Shown: piece after piece, positions 50,199-62,745 of the stretch
How positions within the stretch are numbered: position 1 is the first letter of the stretch
Layout of the letters: the number at the start of each line of letters is the position of its first letter
Assembly (NCBI GenBank): GCA_010909165.1
Contig: MU008209.1
Coordinates: 186,001 to 250,000, forward strand
DNA from: Anthoceros angustus
Lineage: Eukaryota; Plantae; Anthocerotophyta
Direction of reading: 5' to 3'
DNA length: 64,000 nucleotides
The notes under the pieces: model-generated
Databases searched by the model: none
What the model saw: only the letters and a program-made list of their open reading frames with translations
What the model was told of the DNA's origin: nothing
Translations under genes and position numbers: made by a program

Positions 50199-53100
50199 CT
50201 ATTGGATGGAGCAAGTTTGTTTGATTTGCAGGTTCCTCTGAGCTACGTAGCTTTTGTCAACTTCGTTGGATGTTGTAGCCTTTTCCATGGCTTCCTCAAA
50301 AGACTTTATATTTTCAGCTCGTGGTGTTGAGTAATGCCCTGGGAGTTGTTGCTCCTTTGGGAGTGAACCTCCTCTTGGAGTGGCTCCTCCTCTTGGAGTC
50401 TTCCTCTTGGCGTGGTTTGACCCTTGGTGTAGGTGCTCCTCTTTTAAGCTGTAGTGCTCTTGGAGTTGCTCCTCTCGGATTAGCTCCATGATTTAGGTCT
50501 TGGCCTCGAGGTATTATGAGAGGTGGTGGTCAATGTTGTTCTGGGGTGAATTCGACTAATTTCTAGTTATATTGATAATTATATCAAGTAGAGTCTTACA
50601 CAACTTTAAAATTCTATTATACTTTATCAAGTTCTTCTACCTAAATTGTTTTGCATTGTCTTAAAGTTGTTGTTGAGATCGGCAACATTTTGTAGCTTAA
50701 CGTGGATAATCCTCGTTGTTGAAATATAAGTATTAGATTGATCATTGGAAACTAAGTCTGATGCTTTGCTACAAAAAGATAAATATTTAAGAATAAATTT
50801 AAAATAATAAGTTGCATACTGTAAAAATTGTATTGTAAATGATAACTCAATTCCTACCACCTTCACGTAAGCTTGTGTATGTGTAGTAAGGCCCTTCGCC
50901 TTCATATCAGACGGCCTTTAAGGCTCTTTTAGAGCCACTTGATATGTTTCCATTGTTGTAAGGCTCCTTTAAGGGCTCTACAATAACGAGAATTCAAAAG
51001 TCTCTTGTTTTATAATCTCCTTATAAATGTTTTAACACGAAACCCAGCAATTTTAGTCACACTACTACCTAATACCTAATTGAAATGTTCATGTCAAGGG
51101 TGTTTTGTCTTAAGAACATTTGATCCCAAAGTCAATGGATACGAGACAGTCATATATCCATGTGAACTTGGATATTATTTGAATTACGTAGGTGAAATAA
51201 CCATGGGTAAAAAGTTAAGGATTAGATAGCCGCGGTTTAAGATGCAGCCTACGCAATGTCACCTACTTCCCCAAACATTTTAGCTGCGGTCAAAAGCCAA
51301 GTGATGCGACGTAGTCGGGAGCTATGGCCAGCGAGCACCTACCTCGACCCACGACTGGTGGGGTGTGATCGGCAAATGGCTCCCTAAACCCTTTTAAGAT
51401 TACGTCATTCCGAACCCTTTTGAGGTTGTAACTCTCGCCTCAATGGTAACTCTTGCCTCGATTGTTCGATTTCCGGCGTCAGATGAATTATGGGTTTTGA
51501 AAATGTCTAAGGATGTATGGCTATCCCCGGTAGTATATAACCCCGAAAGGGTTATGATCTATTGTTCAAAACTTACCTCATGTCGGCTTTATATTGCTAG
51601 CGAATTACTTAGTAGGTACTACTTAATTCAAAGATAATTGAATGTGTTGTCAAAAGGTACAAATAACTATTGGATGGAGCAAGTTTGTTTTGATTTGCCT
51701 TTTGAGGTTCTACGAGCCACAGAGCTTTTGTCAACTTCAAGTTGGATGTTGTAGCCTTTTCCATGGCTTCCTCAAAAGACTTATATTTTCAGCCTGTGGT
51801 GTTGTTGCCCTTGAGTAATGCCCCTCGGGAGTTGTTGCTCCTTTGGGAGTGAACCCCTCCTCTTGGAGTGGCTCCTCCTCTTGGAGTGACTCTTCCTCTT
51901 GGCGTGGTTTGACCCCTTGGTGTAGGTGCTCCTCTTTTTAACGTAGTGCTTTGGAGTTGCTCCTCTCGGATTAGCTCCATGATTGTTAGGTCTTGGCCTC
52001 GAGGTATTATGAGAGGTGGTGGTCGTTGTTCGTGAGGTGAATTCGACTAATTTCTAGTTATATTGATAATTGATATCAGTAGAGTCTTACACAACTTTAA
52101 AATTCTATTATACTTTATCAAGTTCTTCTACCTAAATTGTTTTGCATTGTCTTAAAGTTGTTGTTGAGATCCGGCAACATTTTGTAGCTTTTGATAATCC
52201 TCGTTGTTGAAATATAAGTATTAGATTGATCATTGGAAACTAGTGCTAATGCTTTGCTACAAAAAGATAAATATTTAAGAATAAAATTTAAAATAATAAG
52301 TTGCATACCTGTAAAAATTGTATTGTAAATGATAACTCAATTCCTAAACTTGCAAATATTGCGTAAATAATAAATTTGTGACAATATCCCCAATGTTTTG
52401 AGATAGATATGACCATCAAATTTGGCAATCCATACTTCCATAAGAAATGTAGCAAATAAAACTACGAAAAGATTCATCATGTTACTCATATTACAAAAGT
52501 ATTTTACTCTTATTTTTGAAAAAAATATATACCACAATAAAGTAGAGCTCTTGAATTTCTTGTTTGCTTAGCACTTGTAAAGCCAATCAAGAATATTGAA
52601 GCAATCGAGAATATAGCTGTCTTAAAAAATTTTCTGTCAGATAATATAATGTGGTGTAGTGTAAAAAGTTTGTCAATCGATTGAAATACTTCACTTTGTT
52701 TTTTCACAAAATCCGCCTGTTCTCGAGATCATATCAGAACAAATACCGGAATTATGAAATATTAGTTAGAGACATCAATTTGGTGTTGAATTCATAAGAT
52801 AACCTAAGAGCATACTAATCTCATGGACTCTTGGTCATGTTTTATGACATGACATGCAACAAATATTAAAGCTTTCAATAAAGTACTTCCAAACTGGGCA
52901 TCAAGCATTGAGTTGGAACCTTCAGAAGATTATGGCATAGATTCGATTCTTCTTGCCATGCAACAAATTCTTCTCTATGTATTAGCTTCTTCTCTGTGAG
53001 GCTGCTAATGAATTCTTGCTATCTTCCATTGCCATAAATTGTACTTGTTGTAGATTTGTTAGCTCTACCATGGTTTGTCCTTGACCAAATTAGAAGTGAG

Positions 53101-53215
53101 GCTTGATTATTGAGATTTTCCAGATTCAGAATTGTGTCGACTCCTTCTTGTAGTTGTTGAAGGTCCATGGATAAAGTATCCATAAGTGCTTTTTGCTGCT
53201 TTGCAAGCTCCATTT
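50199..53215 (-). pseudogene. Partial duplicate 3' portions of GEX1 (two fragments, frameshifted; probable assembly duplicates)
   Basis: 50199-50850 and ~51667-53215 repeat the GEX1 3' exons found at 53464-55062, with indels. Confidence 0.7.
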
Positions 53216-53463
53216 GAAGTTGTAACTCTCGCCTCAATGGTAACTCTTGCCTCGATTGTTCGATTTCCGGCGTCAGATGAATTATGGGTTTTGAAAATGT
53301 CTAAGGATGTATGGCTATCCCCGGTAGTATATAACCCCGAAAGGGTTATGATCTATTGTTCAAAACTTACCTCATGTCGGCTTTATATTGCTAGCGAATT
53401 ACTTAGTAGGTACTACTTAATTCAAAGATAATTGAATGTGTTGTCATAAAGGGGTACAAATAA

Positions 53464-56056
53464 CTATTGGATGGAGCAAGTTTGTTTGGATTTGCCTTTT
53501 GAGGTTCTCTGAGCTACAGTAGCTTTTGTCAACTTCAAGTTGGATGTTGTAGCCTTTTCCATGGCTTCCTCAAAAGACTTTATATTTTCAGCTCGTGGTG
53601 TTGTTGCCCTTGGAGTAATGCCCCCTCGGGGAGTTGTTGCTCCTTTGGGAGTCGAACCTCCTCTTGGAGTGGCTCCTCCTCTTGGAGTGACTCTTCCTCT
53701 TGGCGTGGTTTGACCCCTTGGTGTAGGTGCTCCTCTTTTAACTGGTAGTGCTCTTGGAGTTGCTCCTCTCGGATTAGCTCCATGATTGTTAGGTCTTGGC
53801 CCTCGAGGTATTATGAGAGGTGGTGGTCGATGTTGTTCTGTAGGTGGAATTCGACTAATTTCTAGTTATATTGATAATTGATATCAAGTAGAGTCTTACA
53901 CAACTTTTAAAATTCTATTATACTTTATCAAGTTCTTCTACCTAAATTGTTTTGCATTGTCTTAAAGTTGTTGTTGAGATCCAGCAACATTTTGTAGCTT
54001 AACGACGGATAATCCCTGTTGTTGAAATATAAGTATTAGATTGATCATTGGAAACTAAGTGCTAATGCTTTGCTACAAAAAGATAAATATTTAAGAATAA
54101 AATTTAAAATAATAAGTTGCATACCTGTAAAAAATTGTATTGTAAATGATAACTCCAATTCCTAAACTTGCAAATATTGTGCGTAAATAATAAATTTGTG
54201 AAGCAATATCCCCCAATGTTTTGAGATAGATATGACCATCAAATTTGGCAATCCATACTTCCATAAGAAATGTAGCAAATAAAACTACGAAAAAGATTCA
54301 TCATGTTACTCATATTACAAAAGTATTTTACTCTTATTTTTTGAAAAAAAATATATACCACAATAAAGTAGAGCTCTTGAATTTCTTGTTTGCTTAGCAC
54401 TTGTACAAAGCCAACTGAAGAATATTGAAGCACTGTAGAATATAGCTGTCTTAAAAAATTTTCTGTCAGATAATATAATGTGGTGTAGTGTAAAAAGTTT
54501 GTCAATCGATTGAAATACTTCACTTTGTTTTTTCACAAAATCCGCCTGTTCTCGAGATCATATCAGAACAAATACTGGAATTATGAAATATTAGTTAGAG
54601 ACATCAATTTGGTGTTGAATTCATAAGATAACCTAAGAGCATACTAATCTCATGGACTCTTGGTCATGTGGCAGTTTTTATGACATGCAACAAATATTAA
54701 AGCTTTCAATAAAGTACTTCCAAACCTGGGCATCAAGCATTGAGTTGGAACCTTCAGCAAGACGGCGATGCATAGATTCCAGTTCTTCTTGCCATGCAAC
54801 AAATTCTTCTCTATGTATTCGTGCTTCTTCTGCCAGAGCTGCTAATGAATTCTTGCTATCTTCCATTGCCATAAATTGTACTTGTTGTAGATTTGTTAGC
54901 TCTACCATGGTTTGTCCTTGACCAGCTAGAAGTGAGGCTTGATTATTGAGATTTTTCATAACAGATTCAGTAATTGTGTCAGCTCCTTCTTGTAGTTGTT
55001 GAAGGTCTGTGGATAAAGTATCCGCAAGTGCTTTTTGCTGCTTTGCAAGCTCCATTTGAAGTTCAGTGACATCCTAGCAAATTCCAGTTCATAAATTACA
55101 TCTGTTACGAAATATTCAATGAATTTCATACACACATACTAGGAATACTAACGAGATTAAGATAATATGATTGCTAATATGGATGTTTGTGAGATTTACT
55201 TTGATGTGATTCCCTGCTTCTTTTGCCATTGTACTCAGACCACTGAGCCCACTTTCAAAACCACGTTGTAAGTTTATATTTGTAGCTTGCATTTTTTGTT
55301 GAGCTTCTAGCATTTTATCGGCTTGGCTTAATACAGTTTCAGACCTTTGGTTCATGGTGGTTAATTTATCTTCTAGCCAATTTGCATTTGATTTTAGATC
55401 ATTGATTACACGATCTGTTTCATATCTAAATGACTCACTCCTGGATTATATAAAACATTGATACAAAAAAAAAAGGATGAGAGCAAAATGATAAATGTGC
55501 AATGAAAGTGAAAGCAAAGAATAGTACAAAACAAGTTTTTGGAAAAGCTTACTGCAGATGATGACACATTGTTGTAGACTCCACAAAAAACGTTAAATAA
55601 AGTGAATGCACATGATCATCAAGACTTCCAACACAGTCTAAGATCTTCAGATTATCTGCACATGGCTTCGGTTGACGCCCAGATACCACTAAAAAGCAAT
55701 TAGTAAGCGACATAGCTAATCTTGCTCTGAGACTATCATCATATAATATATCTTTACAAGATTTTTCAAGGTTTTTGTATGCTTCGTTCCAACATGTATG
55801 ATCTTTGGATCTATCTCTCACTTTGGCCAAAAAATTTTTGGCCTTGTCTTTATCATGTAGTACAATAGGAGTTTGTGAGTCATAAGGTGAAAGATATTGA
55901 GATGGTGGAGTGATTTTAGGTTTATCGGACAAACACATTGTCATTGTTATCATAGTCCGCGCATGCCCATGGCCAATTCAAAAATGGCACTCACCCAAGA
56001 CTTTTTGTCTGCAAGAATAATGTACATACAAACCAGAAAGGAAGTGAAGTAATCAT
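53464..56056 (-). CDS. GEX1: GAMETE EXPRESSED 1 (GEX1/Kar5/Brambleberry family nuclear-fusion protein); small indels in this copy probably sequencing errors
   Basis: Signal peptide MITSLPFWFVCTLFLQ. Cys-rich domain CWNEAYKNLEKSCKDI...RARLAMSLTNCFLVVSGR..PC....DC..SLDDHVHSLYLTFFVESTTMCHHLQ. Coiled coil, TM region (FYSASIF..LCTSAKQTRNSR), tail ending TCSIQ* at 53464. Confidence 0.88.
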
Positions 56057-56226
56057 GTCTGCTTAGTAAAGAACATCATATGTAGTCTCATTGTAAACCT
56101 CAACTGTAAAATGCTATTTAAAATATATAGCTTATCATATTTCCTCTCAATATATTAGATCGAGAATTCGGTTGGAATTAGGACACCGTGTCCGAAGTCC
56201 TAAGAGAGTGTTGCATCAAGCAAGAG

Positions 56227-57145
56227 ATGGTGATGAGCGCAGCAGTTATGCTTATAACTGGGACCATGAGCTTCTGCTTCCACTTTGCTAATGGGGCTGC
56301 TGGGAGCATCTTCCTGGCCCGAACTGTTTCTTTGGGGAACAGGATTTTGCGAGTCATTCGTGGACCCAATTGGGCCTTATAGTTACACTTGCACAGAGCA
56401 TCCGGTATGGTAATCGTGATGAAAAGAACCGATTTGGAGGATGCAGGAGGTGAAAGCATCCCCATAGCTTAGCTTGAGCTGGGGTGGCAATGACAGGTCC
56501 CCGGACTCATATGTGACAACAATACTTAACATCATATCAAGGAGTAACTCAGGTGGGTCCTATGTTGGACATGTCCTGTTTCTGCACACAGTGCTGATAG
56601 GGAGAGATGTGGTTGGTCCCAGTGATCCCACACCTCTGAAGTTGGCCGACCAGGGTTACAGTGTGTGGATTGCTAATGGGAGGACATCACATTGGACCTA
56701 TGGACACACGACTCTCAATGCCAGTAACTTTGTAAGTCATGTTCATGGTTCAGATGAGTTGCCTTCTCAGGTCAGAGTTCTCAGGCCATAGTTCTCACAG
56801 GCCTACTGGGACTGGAGCGCAGACGACCTCGCAAGTGAAGACTTGCCAGTATGGCTGCATTACATCTACAACTACGGAGACAATGTGCAGAAAAAGCTGC
56901 ACGTTGTGGGCTTCTCACAGGCATGCACTTACCTGCGCCATGGGTCGTAGCTTGTTGTTTGTTGTAGGGTAATGGAGCTGATGAAGGTGTGAAATGGCAG
57001 GGGACTCGAGTTGTGATGTCTGCGCTAAGTGCTCAGAGTACAGACCTAGGACCCTTGTCGCAACCGTGACATTGCTTGCTCCCACAATTCATAACTGGAA
57101 CTTTTGCAGTTATACCTGTAGCCATGAAGGAGTCTGGCTATGGAG
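56227..57145 (+). pseudogene. 5' partial duplicate of secreted lipase gene
   Basis: Near-identical to 58001-58935; truncated at the duplication junction ~57145. Confidence 0.75.
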
Positions 57146-57830
57146 GTTAATTTATCTTCTAGCCAATTTGCATTTGATTTTAGATCATTGATTACACGAT
57201 CATTTCATATCTAAATGACTCACTCGGATTATATAAAACATTGATACAAAAAAAAGGATGAGAGCAAAATGATAAATGTGCAATGAAAGTGAAAGCAAAG
57301 AATAGTACAAAACAAGTTTTTGGAAAAACTTCTGAGATGATGACACATTGTTGTAGACTCCACAAAAAGCGTTAAATAAAGTGAATGCACATGATCATCA
57401 AGACTTCCAACGATCTAAGATCTTGGATTATCTCACATGGCGGTTGGCCTTGAGATACCACTAAAAAGCAATTAGTAAGCGACATAGCTAATCTTGCTCT
57501 GAGACTATCATCATATAATATATCTTTACAAGATTTTTCAAGGTTTTTGTATGCTTCGTTCCAACATGTATGATCTTTGGATCTATCTCTCACTTTGGCC
57601 AAAAAATTTTTGGCCTTGTCTTTATCATGTAGTACAATAGGAGTTTGTGAGTCATAAGGTGAAAGATATTGAGATGGTGGAGTGATTTTAGGTTTATCAG
57701 ACAACTGCATTCTGTCATTGTTATCATAGTCCGCGCATGCCCATGGCCAATTCCAAAAATGGCACTCACCCAAGACTTTTGTCTGCAAGAATAATGTACA
57801 TACAAACCAGAAAGGAAGTGAAGTAATCAT
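57146..57830 (-). pseudogene. 5' partial duplicate of GEX1
   Basis: ORF 57372-57830 repeats the GEX1 N-terminus (MITSLPFW...CWNEAYKNL...). Confidence 0.75.
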
Positions 57831-58000
57831 GTCTGCTTAGTAAAGAACATCATATGTAGTCTCATTGTAAACCTCAACTGTAAAATGCTATTTAAAATAT
57901 ATAGCTTATCATATTTCCTCTCAATATATTAGATCGAGAATTCGGTTGGAATTAGGACACCGTGTCCGAAGTCCTAAGAGAGTGTTGCATCAAGCAAGAG

Positions 58001-59909
58001 ATGGTGATGAGCGCAGCGGTTATGCTTATAGCAACTGGGACCATGAGCTTCTGCTTCCACTTTGCTAATGGGGCTGCTGTGGGAGCATCTTCCTGGCCCG
58101 AACTGTTTCTTTGGGGAACAGGATTTTGCGAGTCATTCGTGGACCCAATTGGGCCTTATAGTTACACTTGCACAGAGCATCCGGTATGGTAATCGTGATG
58201 AAAAGAACCGATTTGGAGGATGCAGGAGGTGAAAGCATCCCCCATAGCTTAGCTTGAGCTGGGGTGGCAATGACAGGTCCCGGCGGACTCATATGTGACA
58301 ACAATACTTAACATCATATCAAGGAGTAACTCAGGTGGGTCCTATGTTGGACATGTCCTGTTTCTGCACACAGTGCTGATAGGGGGAGAGATGTGGTTGG
58401 TCCCGAGTGATCCCACACCTCTGAAGTTGGCCGACCAGGGTTACAGTGTGTGGATTGCTAATGGGAGGACATCACATTGGACCTATGGACACACGACTCT
58501 CAATGCCAGTAACTTTGTAAGTCATGTTCATGGTTCAGATGAGTTGCCTTCTCAGGTCAGAGTTCTCAGGCCATAGTTCTCACAGGCCTACTGGGACTGG
58601 AGCGCAGACGACCTCGCAAGTGAAGACTTGCCAGTATGGCTGCATTACATCTACAACTACGGAGACAATGTGCAGAAAAAGCTGCACGTTGTGGGCTTCT
58701 CACAGGCATGCACTTACCTGCGCCATGGGTCGTAGCTTGTTGTTTGTTGTAGGGTAATGGAGCTGATGAAGGTGTGAAATGGCAGGGGACTCGAGTTGTG
58801 ATGTCTGCGCTAAGTGCTCAGAGTACAGACCTAGGACCCCTTGTCGCAACCGTGACATTGCTTGCTCCCACAATTCACTTAACTGGAACTTTTGCAGTTA
58901 TACCTGTAGCCATGAAGGAGTCTGGCTATGGAGAAGTAAGCTTTCAACCATCATCCTTGATAAGCTCACAAGAACAAATTAAAAAAAGACGAGCCCCTTT
59001 GATTATGTACAACAGCTAATCAGCCAAGACCGAATGGAATAACAGGGAAGATGTGACTGCAGATGGCCTACAGTTCTGGGATTGCAAGTCTGTGCCTAGC
59101 CCAGTGAGTGGCAATCCCAGCACTACACTTGCTCAAAGAGAGCAAAAGATCAAATACAGCATCTAAACTAGCAAGCTCTGGCAGATACGGAACTTGGATG
59201 CCGGAAGTGAAAAACAAGACAAGCGTTAAGAATTTGATTATCACCAGTATCACAGGTTTGAAGTCAGTTGTGAGCTTGTCTCCAATTGAAGAGTTGTCTA
59301 TTCAGAACAAATTACATGGGCGTGTTTCACCACCTGTACAGCTCATGAGGGTTTAGTATCTCCATGTTTGATTTGTTGGGTGTGAGCAGGACCCAACTGC
59401 TGCATCAATCCGGACACTGTATACGATCTATTCACAGAAACTATGTCTGTACCACCTACAAAATGTGGCACAACTGGCCCAGGGTAAGGACTATGGTGTG
59501 CACTTGAGAGTTGTTGCGTTCAGTAACATAAAGTTGGTCCTGATCTAGACGCTTGCTGTTTGACTCCAACCAGACATGACATCTCCAAAGTTGCGGGCAT
59601 ATGACTAGAATTCTGAAAAACAAGCAGGTTTATGGCGCTGATATCCCTCCCGAGTACAAACTGAGCAATGTTCCTGCATACATACCCATCCATGTGGTGT
59701 ATGGAGGAGCTGATCAATTTGCCACAGTTGCAGACGTCCACACTTTTCTGTCTGAACTGCCCACCGATGCGTCTGGAACTTATCCACCAGCCCAGGTCAC
59801 CCTCACTTTCCTACCACACTATGCTCACGCAGACTTGGCCTTCAGCAACAAACTTAACACCGACATCAACCCAGCCATTTCTGATTTCCTACAACAACAT
59901 CCCGCATAA
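58001..59909 (+). CDS. Secreted acid-lipase family triacylglycerol lipase (LIP1/LIP2-like alpha/beta hydrolase), multi-exon
   Basis: Signal peptide, LADQGYSVWIANGR, YWDWSADDLASEDLP, nucleophile elbow GFSQ|G, LRAYDY, YGADIPPEYKL, YGGADQFA (Asp), HYAHADL (His). Confidence 0.85.
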
Positions 59910-60198
59910 GGGTAGCAGGTCATGCTTCAGCACCAGGTTCACAACAACATCTTGCATGGGTCACAACATTTTCTTCAGAGACTCCGTCCTCCATCCCCAT
60001 TGGTAACAATGAAATGCAGAGAAGGCGTGCATGCGGGGCCATTCACATGAGAAGAGTCTGGAGCCCACCTGATTTTGATATCTTGCTGAATTGGTGTGGC
60101 ACCTACGTTAGTTAGTGTAGCCCCATGTCCTCTTGGTGTAGCACCTACAGGTCAGTGTAGCCCCATGTCCTCTTGGTGTGGCACCTACAGGTTAGTGT

Positions 60199-62069
60199 CC
60201 ATGAGCTTCTGCTTCCACTTTGCTAATGGGGCTGCTGTGGGAGCATCTTCCTGGCCCGAACTGTTTCTTTGGGGAACAGGATTTTGCGAGTCATTCGTGG
60301 ACCCAATTGGGCCTTATAGTTACACTTGCACAGAGCATCCGGTATGGTAATCGTGATGAAAAGAACCGATTTGGAGGATGCAGGAGGTGAAGCATCCCCA
60401 TAGCTTAGCTTGAGCTGGGGTGGCATTGACAGGTCCCGGCGGACTCATATGTGACAACAATACTTAACATCATATCAAGGAGTAACTCAGGTGGGTCCTA
60501 TGTTGGACATGTCCTGTTTCTGCACACAGTGCTGATAGGGGGAGAGATGTGGTTGGTCCCGAGTGATCCCACACCTCTGAAGTTGGCCGACCAGGGTTAC
60601 AGTGTGTGGATTGCTAATGGGAGGACATCACATTGGACCTATGGACACACGACTCTCAATGCCAGTAACTTTGTAAGTCATGTTCATGGTTCAGATGAGT
60701 TGCCTTCTCAGGTCAGAGTTCTCAGGCCATAGTTCTCACAGGCCTACTGGGACTGGAGCGCAGACGACCTCGCAAGTGAAGACTTGCCAGTATGGCTGCA
60801 TTACATCTACAACTACGGAGACAATGTGCAGAAAAAGCTGCACGTTGTGGGCTTCTCACAGGCATGCACTTACCTGCGCCATGGGTCGTAGCTTGTTGTT
60901 TGTTGTAGGGTAATGGAGCTGATGAAGGTGTGAAATGGCAGGGGACTCGAGTTGTGATGTCTGCGCTAAGTGCTCAGAGTACAGACCTAGGACCCCTTGT
61001 CGCAACCGTGACATTGCTTGCTCCCACAATTCACTTAACTGGAACTTTTGCAGTTATACCTGTAGCCATGAAGGAGTCTGGCTATGGAAGTAAGCTCAAC
61101 CATCATCCTTGATAAGCTCACAAGAACAAATTAAAAAAAGACGAGCCCCTTTGATTATGTACAACAGCTAATCAGCCAAGACCGAATGGAATAACAGGGA
61201 AGATGTGACTGCAGATGGCCTACAGTTCTGGGATTGCAAGTCTGTGCCTAGCCCAGTGAGTGGCAATCCCAGCACTACACTTGCTCAAAGAGAGCAAAAG
61301 ATCAAATACAGCATCTAAACTAGCAAGCTCTGGCAGATACGGAACTTGGATGCCGGAAGTGAAAAACAAGACAAGCGTTAAGAATTTGATTATCACCAGT
61401 ATCACAGGTTTGAAGTCAGTTGTGAGCTTGTCTCCAATTGAAGAGTTGTCTATTCAGAACAAATTACATGGGCGTGTTTCACCACCTGTACAGCTCGCGG
61501 GGTTTAGTATCTCCATGTTTGATTTGTTGGGTGTGAGCAGGACCCAACTGCTGCATCAATCCGGACACTGTATACGATCTATTCACAAGAAACTATGTCT
61601 GTACCACCTACAAAAATGTGGCACAACTGGCCCAGGGTAAGGACTATGGTGTGCACTTGAGAGTTGTTGCGTTCGAAGTAACATAAAGTTGGTCCTGATC
61701 TAGACGCTTGCTGTTTGACTCCAACCAGACATGACATCTCCAAAGTTGCGGGCATATGACTATGGGAATTCTGAAAAAAACAAGCAGGTTTATGGCGCTG
61801 ATATCCCTCCCGAGTACAAACTGAGCAATGTTCCTGCATACATACCCATCCATGTGGTGTATGGAGGAGCTGATCAATTTGCCACAGTTGCAGACGTCCA
61901 CACTTTTCTGTCTGAACTGCCCACCGATGCGTCTGGAACTTATCCACCAGCCCAGGTCACCCTCACTTTCCTACCACACTATGCTCACGCAGACTTGGCC
62001 TTCAGCAACAAACTTAACACCGACATCAACCCAGCCATTTCTGATTTCCTACAACAACATCCCGCATAA
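60199..62069 (+). CDS. Second copy of the secreted lipase lacking its first ~14 codons (probable assembly duplicate)
   Basis: Near-identical to 58041-59909; starts at the CCATG microhomology junction. Confidence 0.65.
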
Positions 62070-62745
62070 GGGTAGCAGGTCATGCTTCGGCACCACACTC
62101 AGGTTCACAACAACATCTTGCATGGGTCACAACATTTTCTTCAGAGACTCCGTCCTCCATCCCATTGGTAACAATGAAATGCAGAGAAGGCGTGCATGCG
62201 GGGGCCATTCACATGAGAAGAGTCTGGGAGCCCACCTGATTTTGATATCTTGCTGAATTGGTGTGGCACCTACGGGTTAGTGTAGCCCCATGTCCTCTTG
62301 GTGTAGCACCTACGGGTCAGTGTAGCCCCATGTCCTCTTGGTGTGGCACCTACGGGTTAGTGTCCATGTTCTTTGCAAACGTTTGCCTTTTTTGAGTCTA
62401 AGCTTCTTCCAGAATGTACAAAATCCTTGTTCTCCAGCCACCCGACCTCGAAATATGATGCATTGCCATCCCTCTAGCCAATCCATTCAGCTGTAAGAGA
62501 GCTTGCCTCTGAGTTCAGTGTATACGCCTGAAATATCATGCTAACGGTACTCGCATCCAGACAATTTGAATCGAGTCAGTCGAGCTGAATTCACAGGGTG
62601 TTTACCTCCAACGTTCAGGCTGAAAGCGCGTGAATAAGATGGCACTTGGAGCTACAAGTGATAGCAGGTTTTGTCATTTTCTTCACTGAAAACAGCCGGT
62701 TCCCAACTAGACGCCTGTTAGCCTTCATTTACGGCTGAATCACAT

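Larger units (their letters stand above)
45962..62370. repeat. Five successive near-identical tandem segmental duplications
   Basis: 45962-48000~48001-50100; 49407-50855~50851-52345; 51418-53220~53215-55062; 55352-57145~57140-58935; 58041-60204~60199-62368. Copies differ mainly by small indels. Confidence 0.9.

Noticed and set aside
50199-50489. Stand-alone 96-aa ORF MELIREEQLQ
   Set aside because: Frameshifted chimera of the last GEX1 exon in a duplicated copy.
56227-62069. Apparent three-gene lipase tandem array and multi-copy GEX1
   Set aside because: Not claimed as a gene-family expansion: copies are near-identical, indel-ridden and cut mid-gene, consistent with assembly stutter.
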